53,068 nt of DNA from Dehalococcoidales bacterium (lineage in GTDB: Bacteria > Chloroflexota > Dehalococcoidia > Dehalococcoidales > JAFGLR01). The DNA is taken from NCBI GenBank assembly GCA_016927955.1, contig JAFGLR010000025.1, forward strand, positions 1-53,068, given 5' to 3'. The translations under genes and the position numbers were made by a program. Shown in pieces: positions 20,063-28,232 of the stretch. Each line of letters starts with the position of its first letter. Positions within the stretch are counted from its first letter, which is position 1. The notes beneath the pieces are model-generated. The model was not told where the DNA came from. It did no database searches and was given only the letters and a program-made list of their open reading frames with translations.

Positions 20063-20348
20063 AATGTACCTCCTCTGATGTTGTACTCCTGCTGACAAGC
20101 CACTTTTAGGGGACTTTGTATATATAATACAATTTTAGGAATCAGGATTAAAATAACCGTACCGTATCAAACAATACGCCTATAAAAAAGAATCTTACAT
20201 TATTTTTGTTTCTGGAATCAACCAGCCTATCTGAAAGCCTGAACTTGCGGCTTGAATCACACGTGTATTAACTATGAAAATGTTATGCCCCGGCCGATAC
20301 ACAAAGTATATCGGTAAAAAGGTCAATGTACTGTATTAGCGTAAGTGT

Positions 20349-20729
20349 CTATATTATCGCGAGAACGCTAATTGCTATAATCCAGATTATGTAACCGACG
20401 CATCCGATAATCCCAAGCACCAGGCCGGCAATAGCCAAGCCTCTGCCCGAGAGATTGGGGTCTTTTCCCATCTGGTTTAAGGCTATAGCGCCGAAAATGA
20501 GAGCAAACAACGAAATCCCTAAAATACCGAGGATTAATGAGGTAATAGCGAGACCACTCTCCCGCTTTGTGCTCTGAGGTGCAGACTGTACATAGACTGT
20601 TGCCGGATTCGATGTCGATGCCTGAGAATTTGTTGATGCCGGAGGTGCTGTTTTAGCTGCCGGAGTACCACACTTGCTACAAAACTGGTCACTCTCAGAT
20701 AGTTGGTTACCGCACTTTGCACAATAAAT
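20349..20729 (-). CDS. Zinc-ribbon plus DUF4190-type membrane protein, not in the ORF track (no canonical start codon)
   Basis: My own translation: (I)YCAKCGNQLSESDQFCSKCGTPAAK...STKRESGLAITSLILGILGISLFALIFGAIALNQMGKDPNLSGRGLAIAGLVLGIIGCVGYIIWIIAISVLAII*. It has a CxxC..CxxC ribbon, a low-complexity linker and two TM helices with the G..P.L.GRGLA.AG motif of DUF4190. The frame opens after a TGA at 20739..20741. The only start candidates before the first Cys are ATT codons (20729 or 20738). AAGGAGG at 20742..20748. Confidence 0.65.
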   Translation of the reverse strand: MYCAKCGNQLSESDQFCSKCGTPAAKTAPPASTNSQASTSNPATVYVQSAPQSTKRESGLAITSLILGILGISLFALIFGAIALNQMGKDPNLSGRGLAIAGLVLGIIGCVGYIIWIIAISVLAII

Positions 20730-20866
20730 TAAGGTAATTCACCTCCTTAATTTATTGTATGTATAGACTATAATTTCAGCTATATTATGTTCAGATTTAC
20801 ATTTTCGCCTAAATTATACCACCGATTCTCAATAAGTCAAACGATATTGAGACACCTGTGCAAAGG

Positions 20867-22180
20867 CTATAGCAAAGTCATTTTCTTGCAGTGTCGCATC
20901 AGGCGTTCGCGGAAAGCAGGGTGGGCAATGGCAATGAGGGCTAAAGCCCTTTCGCGAACACTCTTGCCTCGCAAGTTAGCTATACCATATTCGGTTACGA
21001 TATAGTGAACATCGTTCCGGGTTGTGGTTACCACCGCTCCTTTATCAAGATACGGCACAATCCGGGAATGGCTACCATCAGCCGCGGTGGATGCCGCTGC
21101 AATAATCGATTTACCGTTTTTCGAGCGGGAAGCCCCCCGGATAAAGTCTACCTGGCCGCCGACACCGGAATACTGCAAAGGCCCGATTGTTTCAGAGGTT
21201 ACCTGCCCTAGCAGGTCAATCTGCAAACAGGAATTAATAGAAACGACATTATCATTTTGCCCGATGATATAGGGGTCGTTAGTATAATCGATAGGATACA
21301 TTTCCACCGTGGGGTTATTATTCACGAAATCATACAATTTCCGGGAGCCCATCAGGAAAGAGGCGACTACTTTACCTTTGTTAATATTTTTCCGGCTGCC
21401 GTTAATCACCCCGCTGCGGATAAGGGGGATTACCCCGTCAGAGAACATTTCGGTATGAATACCCAAGTCCTTTTTATGTGTCAGAAATTGCAGGACGGAG
21501 TCCGGTATGTCGCCGATACCGAGCTGTAAACAGGCCCCATCCCCGATTAACTCGGCACAATAATTACCGAGTTTCCGGATACCGGAGGCAAACCCGGGAT
21601 TTTCCCGTTTTGTCGAACGATAAACAATGAGCGGTTCGTCATGTTCTACAATGTAATCGAGCTCCGAAACATGGATGAGAGCATTACCGCACGTCCGCGG
21701 CATATGCCGGTTAATTTGAGCGATAACTGTTTTAGCCGATTCCGCAACCGGTTTGGTGTAGTCTACCGATATACCGAAGCTACAGTAACCGTGTTCGTCC
21801 GGCGGGGACAGCTGGCATAACATGACATCGACCGGAATATCCTCCCGGTACAAACGTGGCAACTCCCGGAAGAAACAGGGGGTAAACCGGGCCTGGCCGC
21901 GGTTAACCACATCCCTGGTAGCAGACCCGATAAAGATAGCATTGTGGATAAAGTGCCCGGTACACTCGGCCAGGCAGTATTCACTCAAGCCCATCGGCAA
22001 CATATGAGTAACTTCCACATTTTCATACTCTGCCTTATGGGCGACCATTGTTTTTACGAGATGCTGCGGTTCGGCACAATTATGCCCCACCGCTACCCGG
22101 TTGCCAGACTTAATCGCTTGAACGGCAATGTCCGCCGTGGTCAGTTTACTCCGGTATTCGTCTTGCCAGTTCATCACCAC
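20867..22180 (-). CDS. Acetyl-CoA hydrolase/transferase family protein (4-hydroxybutyrate/butyryl-CoA:acetate CoA-transferase-like)
   Basis: 437 aa. The GIHTEMFSDGV block contains the catalytic Glu context of this CoA-transferase family. GGQVDF motif present. The start is GTG 22180 or, more likely, ATG 22174. Confidence 0.85.
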   Translation of the reverse strand: MVMNWQDEYRSKLTTADIAVQAIKSGNRVAVGHNCAEPQHLVKTMVAHKAEYENVEVTHMLPMGLSEYCLAECTGHFIHNAIFIGSATRDVVNRGQARFTPCFFRELPRLYREDIPVDVMLCQLSPPDEHGYCSFGISVDYTKPVAESAKTVIAQINRHMPRTCGNALIHVSELDYIVEHDEPLIVYRSTKRENPGFASGIRKLGNYCAELIGDGACLQLGIGDIPDSVLQFLTHKKDLGIHTEMFSDGVIPLIRSGVINGSRKNINKGKVVASFLMGSRKLYDFVNNNPTVEMYPIDYTNDPYIIGQNDNVVSINSCLQIDLLGQVTSETIGPLQYSGVGGQVDFIRGASRSKNGKSIIAAASTAADGSHSRIVPYLDKGAVVTTTRNDVHYIVTEYGIANLRGKSVRERALALIAIAHPAFRERLMRHCKKMTLL

Positions 22181-22502
22181 AATTCCGCCTTTACCGATTG
22201 TTCTTGAGATTTAGTTAATTCAAGATGTGATATTTATTCGAGGTCAGGGAAATTTGGCTGTAAAAAAGAGCAGGTAACTTTAACTAATAAAACATATAAT
22301 ACCATATAATCCGTATTTATAAAAATAAACTTCTCTTTACTTTATTTATTATTAATATGATTTATATGCATAAACCCCTTCGTTTACAATGTAAAAACGG
22401 CCAATTTTTGTAGACAGTTCCGGTTATTCCGGTAAGAAAGCCGATGGTTAATATAATCCGCGAGGAAGAGAAGACATATCGTAACTCTTTTTCTCTTCTC
22501 AC

Positions 22503-22532
22503 TTGATTCGAAGCAACAAACCGGGTTATAAT
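22503..22532 (+). promoter_or_regulatory. Candidate sigma-70-type promoter TTGATT-18 nt-TATAAT for the 22611 gene
   Basis: TTGATT at 22503..22508 and TATAAT at 22527..22532, about 80 nt upstream of the ATG, in an AT-rich intergenic region. Confidence 0.35.
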
Positions 22533-22610
22533 ATTACTGACTGGTAAGTATAATTTACCCCGCAACTAATAATCTTTATAATTATATTAAAACAATCCGG
22601 GAGTTTTGAA

Positions 22611-23078
22611 ATGGCCAAGACAAGTATGCTTTGCCCGTTCAGCGGGAAAATGTGTAAGGAATGTGAGAATTACCGCGGCCGGCATTATTTCCTTTGTTAC
22701 GTTGAGAAATACCGCGGCTATATACCCAAAGCCAATAAAGGTAGTATAAAAGCCGATTTTAATTCACCGCACCAGATCAACTTTGAGGCTTTATCAAAAC
22801 GCATAAATCCATGGGCAAACGCCAAAAATACTATGGGCAGAGAGCCTGAAATCATGTTAAAAGTGATGGATATGGAAACAAAAAAGGTGAGGACCTGCAG
22901 TATCGAGGAAGCCAAATCATGGGACTGGTCCGACCCCAGAACGATACGGGTCATCGACGGCCGCCATGTTACCAGCTGGAGTAACCTCTGCGATATGTTG
23001 AAATACCGTGCGGAAAAAGGCCAAACTGAAGTCGAGCTTCATGAAGGACCATTTTTCTTACTCATCAACGGCGGTTAA
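22611..23078 (+). CDS. Hypothetical Cys-rich protein (155 aa)
   Basis: GGGAG SD 7 nt upstream of the ATG. The N-terminus CPFSGKMCKECENYRGRHYFLC suggests a metal-binding knuckle. I recognise no family. Confidence 0.6.
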   Translation: MAKTSMLCPFSGKMCKECENYRGRHYFLCYVEKYRGYIPKANKGSIKADFNSPHQINFEALSKRINPWANAKNTMGREPEIMLKVMDMETKKVRTCSIEEAKSWDWSDPRTIRVIDGRHVTSWSNLCDMLKYRAEKGQTEVELHEGPFFLLINGG

Positions 23079-23772
23079 CATCCGGTAATAATTCAACATT
23101 AAGGCGGTAACTGGCGTCCGATATATTTTACTTTAAGTTTTTCTGCCTGTCCGTAATCATGAATACCTTTTATGATGATGCCGCTATCTGGTAAAACGAT
23201 AACCGACAGCCTTCCGCCTTAAAGAATAGCACGTACCGGGTACGGGAAAATATTTTCATCCCGGATAACTTGTCACCAAGTTAGCGTAAAGTAATTTCAC
23301 CCGCTGCGGTATTAATAATGTGCACCGGCTGGTCGCTTCTATGTAAAGTTGACACCCTCAATACGTGGAAATAGCATCTGCTGGGAATAACGGCCTCGTT
23401 AATCCCGGTCATTTATATGACGACCTCTCAAATTATTTAGTAATTTCGGATATCTTGGGATAGTAAAGGCCTTTTATCCTTCAGGGACAAACAATTTTAA
23501 AAGTATATGCTATAATGCATGAAAATAGGAGGCGGAATGTAAGTCCCGGGAATTACCAGCAGTCCGCATAAAAGGGATTCTACATTTCCGGCTCGACTTA
23601 CTGGAATGTAGCCGTCGCCCACGATAAAGGTGAGGTTGTTAATGACACAGAAGGCATGTAAACAGCCTGGAATTTCGGCAAGAATATAGCATTTTTAATT
23701 AAAAGATTAAAGGGTGAAAATAGAGAGTTTACGGAATAGTGATACAAAATAGTTGTTCTATCGATTTTAACA

Positions 23773-25536
23773 ATGGCATTTAATTTCCCACCGTTTTCGC
23801 TGATATTTTTATTCGGCTCGATATTGGCAATATTTATTGCCTGTATTGTTTGGATGAGGCGGCCGGCGCCCGGTGCCGTACCTCTGACCTTCTTCATGCT
23901 CTGTATTGCCTGGTGGCTATTTGCCAGGATTCTTGAAGCCGGAGCTATTGATTATTCTGTAAAAGTATTCTGGGGCAAAGCCGAGTTCTTCGGCATTGCG
24001 GGAATCGGTATCCTATGGGCTTTCTTCGCCCTGGATTATATCGGATCTACCTGGTGGCGCCGACCCCGTAATTACCTCTTGCTTGCTTTACTGCCTATTG
24101 CCGCTCTCGGCGTCATCTGGACAAATCAGTTTCACCATTCATTCTGGACTGATATATATCCTTCAGGTATACCCTCCATCCTTGTATGGGAACACGGCTG
24201 GTCATTCTGGCTCTTCTGGGGCTGCCAATATATCGCCCTTATTTACGGTATGCACCTGCTTTGGGAGTTTGTCTTCAGGAAACAGGGTATTTACCGGCGC
24301 CAGTTCATCTTACTATTAACCGGTACTATGCTCCCCCTCATCGGTAATATAATTTATGTATTTGGCTTAAGACCGGTTAAAGGACTGGACTTGACCCCTT
24401 TCGTTTTCGTTATTGCCGGAGGGTTCTATTCTCTCTCCTTACTCCGATTTCACTTTATGAACCCCGTGACCATTGCCCGCAACAAACTGGTGGAAAACCT
24501 GCCGGACGGTATACTAGTTCTTAATGCTCAAGGAATTGTAGCCGACATAAATGCAGCCGGTGAGCGCATTATCAACACCAGTCGAGAAGATACCATCGGC
24601 AAACCGGTCATACGGACCTGGTCGAAATGGCCTCCCACAATAATAAACACTACTCCTTTCGAAGCCAGAGCGGAAATTATTACGGAAAGTCCGCGGGGAA
24701 ACCGGTATTTTAATGTTAGCTCAACGACCTTGAGAAACAAGCAGAATAATATTATCGGTAAATTGATACTCCTGCGAGATATATCCGAGCGCCGGGAATC
24801 TCAGAAATTAATGGAGACCCTCTATGATAAAGAATACAAGCTACGTCATGAATTACAGCAGGAAATAGAAAAGCGGGATAAATATGTCAGGGCAATTGTT
24901 CACGAATTAAAAACACCATTAACGGCTATTCTCGCCTCCGGTGAAATATTAGAAGCTGAGATAAATAATACAACTCAATCCTCACTGGTCAGTAATATCA
25001 GAAAATCTTCGATTAATCTGGAAAACCGGATAAATGAACTTCTGGACTTGGCTCGCGGAGAAATCGGGACCCTGCATATCGAACCAAAACCTATCGACAT
25101 CACAGAATTGATACGGGAAGTCGAATCAGAAACAGCCCCATTAGCCCGCAGTAAAGCTCTGGGATTAGAAGTAGTGATTCCCGATAATTTACCTTTAGTG
25201 AACGGGGACAACCACAGGCTACGTTGGGTACTGTTAAACTTACTGAATAACGCTTTTCACTATACTACCGAAGGTAAAGTGATTATATGTGCCGAAAAAT
25301 ATGATGATTATTTTATACAGGTGAAAGTTGAAGATACCGGACAGGGAATCTGCGATGACATGATGCCGCATCTATTCGACCCCTACTGGCGAAACCGGGA
25401 AAAGGACAGGCTTAGCGGATTAGGCATTGGGCTAGCGTTAAGTAAGATGTTTATCGAACTGCATGAAGGTAAAATATGGGCGGAAAATAATCCGCAAAAA
25501 GGTGCCAGTCTAATTTTTACTTTGCCGTTAGCCTGA
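23773..25536 (+). CDS. Sensor histidine kinase: N-terminal multi-TM (7TM-type) sensor, PAS, HisKA, HATPase_c
   Basis: 587 aa with about 6 to 7 N-terminal TM helices. PAS-like LPDGILVLNAQGIVADIN. H-box VHELKTPLTAIL, N-box LLNLLNNAFHYT, G-boxes EDTGQGI and GLGIGLALS. No response regulator is adjacent. Confidence 0.9.
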   Translation: MAFNFPPFSLIFLFGSILAIFIACIVWMRRPAPGAVPLTFFMLCIAWWLFARILEAGAIDYSVKVFWGKAEFFGIAGIGILWAFFALDYIGSTWWRRPRNYLLLALLPIAALGVIWTNQFHHSFWTDIYPSGIPSILVWEHGWSFWLFWGCQYIALIYGMHLLWEFVFRKQGIYRRQFILLLTGTMLPLIGNIIYVFGLRPVKGLDLTPFVFVIAGGFYSLSLLRFHFMNPVTIARNKLVENLPDGILVLNAQGIVADINAAGERIINTSREDTIGKPVIRTWSKWPPTIINTTPFEARAEIITESPRGNRYFNVSSTTLRNKQNNIIGKLILLRDISERRESQKLMETLYDKEYKLRHELQQEIEKRDKYVRAIVHELKTPLTAILASGEILEAEINNTTQSSLVSNIRKSSINLENRINELLDLARGEIGTLHIEPKPIDITELIREVESETAPLARSKALGLEVVIPDNLPLVNGDNHRLRWVLLNLLNNAFHYTTEGKVIICAEKYDDYFIQVKVEDTGQGICDDMMPHLFDPYWRNREKDRLSGLGIGLALSKMFIELHEGKIWAENNPQKGASLIFTLPLA

Positions 25537-25822
25537 ATCGCTGTTTTCCTATTTGTATGTGATATCCTCTGATGACTAAAGTTAATTACTATGACGTTTT
25601 AGTAATATTATATAAACCAAATCTGCAGGAAATACCAGAATAACGGGCATAATCGTCAAATTGACAACAAACCTAGAAATTGATACTCTTAATTAATCGG
25701 CCCTTTCATAATATCGAAAATAAACATCCCCAATAAGCAAACTATTGTTACTAATTCTAAGGAGGTGACTACAGGACCATAACAGCGGCTAACTTAATAT
25801 TGATTCTGCAAAGGAGGAATAA

Positions 25823-26896
25823 ATGGCAAATATACCTAATGAAATTCAAACATGGCAAATGACAACCCCAGGAACATTAACCAGAACCAGTATTCCGATG
25901 CCTGAAATTAAACCGGGAGAGGCATTGGTAGAAATCGCCGGCTGTGGTGTTTGCCACACCGACTTGGGCTACTTTTATGATGGAGTACCTACAGTTAATA
26001 AACCACCTCTCACTCTAGGCCACGAGATTAGCGGTACGGTAATCGCTGGAGATAGCAATTGGGTTGGTAAAGAAGTAATCGTACCGGCTGTAATGCCGTG
26101 TAATAATTGTCCCATCTGTGCCGCCGGTAGGGGTAACCGCTGCCTAGCACAAAAAATGCCGGGCAACAGCCTGGGAATCTATGGCGGTTTTTCCAGCCAT
26201 ATCGTCGTCCCATCCGCTGATTTATGCTGGGTAGAAGATAAAAAGGAATTCCCTCTGTCCCACCTGGCGGTTATCGCCGATGCCGTCACTTCGCCCTACC
26301 AGGGTGCGATTCGCGGCGAAGTCAAACCCGGTGACCTGACTATCGTTATCGGTGCTACCGGAGGCGTAGGTGTTTACGCCACTCAGATTATCCATGCCCT
26401 CGGGGCTAAAGAAGTCATCGCCATCGGCCGCAACCCCGCTAAACTAGAGAGGTCTTTACAATATGGCGCTACTAAAACAATTAGCTCTGCCGGAAAAGAT
26501 ATTAAAGCTATCCGCGATGAGTTCCGCGCTTACTGTAAAGAAAAAGGTCTACCCGCCAACTACGGCTGGAAAATTTTCGAGTGGACCGGTACCGGTGAAG
26601 GCCAGAGTATTGCTCTCGAGCTGCTCTCATTTATCGGCGTTTTAGTCATCGCCGGATACGGCATGCAGAAGAACGAATATATGATGTCACGTTTGATGGC
26701 ATTCGATGCCGATATCCGCGGCACCTGGGGATGCTTACCGAAATACTACGCCCCGGTATTGAAGATGGTTCTCGAAGGCCAAATCAAAATCGAACCGTTC
26801 CTCGAGACCAGACCGATGAGTACAATACAGAAGGCTTTCGAAGACGCCCATAAGGGCGGTATTGAGAAAAGGATTGTTCTCACTCCCGACTTCTAA
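25823..26896 (+). CDS. had: Zn-dependent alcohol dehydrogenase family, 6-hydroxycyclohex-1-ene-1-carbonyl-CoA dehydrogenase (Had/BamQ)-like
   Basis: 357 aa. GCGVCHTDLGYFYDGV and GHE motifs, structural-Zn cysteines CNNCPICAAGRGNRC, Rossmann IGATGGVG. The specific call rests on resemblance to Had as I recall it and on adjacency to the Oah-like gene. AAAGGAGG SD. Confidence 0.6.
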   Translation: MANIPNEIQTWQMTTPGTLTRTSIPMPEIKPGEALVEIAGCGVCHTDLGYFYDGVPTVNKPPLTLGHEISGTVIAGDSNWVGKEVIVPAVMPCNNCPICAAGRGNRCLAQKMPGNSLGIYGGFSSHIVVPSADLCWVEDKKEFPLSHLAVIADAVTSPYQGAIRGEVKPGDLTIVIGATGGVGVYATQIIHALGAKEVIAIGRNPAKLERSLQYGATKTISSAGKDIKAIRDEFRAYCKEKGLPANYGWKIFEWTGTGEGQSIALELLSFIGVLVIAGYGMQKNEYMMSRLMAFDADIRGTWGCLPKYYAPVLKMVLEGQIKIEPFLETRPMSTIQKAFEDAHKGGIEKRIVLTPDF

Positions 26897-26936
26897 TATT
26901 AATCATTAAAAATAAAAATAATCATTGGAGGTTATT

Positions 26937-28076
26937 ATGGCTTTAAATTGGATTCCACGGGAAGGTGGTGTAAAAGACCACAATATTTGGGGTATGGAAC
27001 ATTTCGGTACGACCCCCCCATGCACAATGTACGAAGAGAAACCCATCCTCGACCCGACCGGTAAACCGGTAGAAGGTCTATACAGCGCCTGGATTACCCT
27101 GAACAACCCTGCCCAGTACAATTCTTATACTACTGAGATGGTAAAGGGCGTTATCGCTGGTTTTCATCGCGCTCAGGAACAGCGTAATGTAGTTGCCGTT
27201 GTCTTCACCGGTGCCGGTAACAATGCCTTCTGCACCGGCGGTAATACCAAAGAGTACTCTGAATACTACTCTCAGAAACCGACTGAATATTCTCAGTACA
27301 TGACGCTTTTCAACGGCATGGTCGATGCAATCTTAATGTGCCAGAAACCGGTAATCCGCCGTATTAACGGTATGAGCGTTGCCGGCGGTCAGGAAATAGG
27401 CGGTGCCTGTGATATCGCAGTCGCTGCTGACACGGCTATCTTCGGCCAGGCCGGACCCCGCCACGGTTCCGCTCCTGTCGGTGGTTCCTCAGATTTCCTT
27501 CCCTGGGCGCTGACCATTGAAGATGCCATGTGGAACTGTGTCTCTTGCGAGATGTGGAGTGCCTACAAAATGGTCCGGAAGAATTACCTGAGCAAGGTTT
27601 TCCCGGTTTTAAAACAGGGTGATAAGTTCGTCAGAAATCCCTCAGTCATCACTGAAAAGTGGCTAGATAACGGTGAAATCGTTTACGGTGAGAGTGTTAC
27701 TGGTGAAGCCGCAAAAGCCGCCAGAGAAATTATGAAGGGCTGCACCTATGACTACTCCCTCGTCGATGCCGAAGTAAACAGAATCCTCTGGACTTTCACC
27801 AACCTGTTCCCGCACTGCTTGATGAAATCTATTGCCGGTGTTCGTCAGAAGAAAAAATACTTCTGGGACCTCAACAAGAACGACCATTTGTTCTGGCTGG
27901 GCGTCAATATGGACAGCGAGGCGTTCCTCGGCTTTACTGCCTTCAATACCAAGAAGATTACCGGTAAAGACACGATTGACTTTATCAAATATCGTGAGTT
28001 AATAGCCCAAGGCCATATGATTAATGACGAACTCTTCGAGGCCGTCTTAGGCAAACCTTTACCTCCGCAAAAATAA
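26937..28076 (+). CDS. oah: Crotonase-superfamily ring-opening hydrolase, 6-oxocyclohex-1-ene-1-carbonyl-CoA hydrolase (Oah/BamA)-like
   Basis: 379 aa, unusually long for a crotonase, as in BamA/Oah. The FTGAGNNAFCTGGN, VAGGQEIGGACDIAVAAD and GPRHGSAPVGGSSDFLPW blocks match my recollection of BamA. ATG at 26937 has TGGAGG 5 nt upstream; the track's TTG at 26925 is rejected. Confidence 0.65.
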   Translation: MALNWIPREGGVKDHNIWGMEHFGTTPPCTMYEEKPILDPTGKPVEGLYSAWITLNNPAQYNSYTTEMVKGVIAGFHRAQEQRNVVAVVFTGAGNNAFCTGGNTKEYSEYYSQKPTEYSQYMTLFNGMVDAILMCQKPVIRRINGMSVAGGQEIGGACDIAVAADTAIFGQAGPRHGSAPVGGSSDFLPWALTIEDAMWNCVSCEMWSAYKMVRKNYLSKVFPVLKQGDKFVRNPSVITEKWLDNGEIVYGESVTGEAAKAAREIMKGCTYDYSLVDAEVNRILWTFTNLFPHCLMKSIAGVRQKKKYFWDLNKNDHLFWLGVNMDSEAFLGFTAFNTKKITGKDTIDFIKYRELIAQGHMINDELFEAVLGKPLPPQK

Positions 28077-28098
28077 TCAATTTAATATGTAGTAACTT

Positions 28099-28132
28099 AG
28101 AGAAGCCCAAGTTAAATAACTTGGGCTTCTCT
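28099..28132 (+). terminator. Perfect 15-bp stem-loop between the oah-like and dch-like genes (no U-tract)
   Basis: AGAGAAGCCCAAGTT-AAAT-AACTTGGGCTTCTCT. Lies 22 nt after the oah stop and 100 nt before the dch start. Confidence 0.5.
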
Positions 28133-28232
28133 GTATAGGTTAGTGTTAATATTCTATCGCAAATAAGCTTGCATTTCGGGGTTGGATTTCGGTAAAATTC
28201 AGCCGAACCGTTTCAACTATATAGGAGGAAAT

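Noticed and set aside
20534-20722. 62-aa GTG-initiated ORF (MQSAVTNYLRV...).
   Set aside because: It is the wrong frame of the zinc-ribbon/DUF4190 gene. Its product is Arg/His/Gln-rich with no structure-like pattern, while the alternative frame gives a recognisable protein.
22362-22565. 67-aa minus-strand ORF in the AT-rich spacer upstream of the Cys-rich gene.
   Set aside because: - It has no SD.
- It covers the predicted promoter of the 22611 gene.
- It has no recognisable motifs.
23527-23542. AGGAGG-N4-ATG-TAA 'start-stop' mini-ORF.
   Set aside because: - The SD-to-ATG spacing of 4 nt is short.
- A single occurrence cannot be distinguished from chance.
- It is kept only as a detail of the 23079..23772 finding.
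23598-23897. 99-aa minus-strand ORF overlapping the histidine-kinase start.
   Set aside because: It is antisense to the first TM helices of a well-supported kinase, has no SD, and has low-complexity composition.
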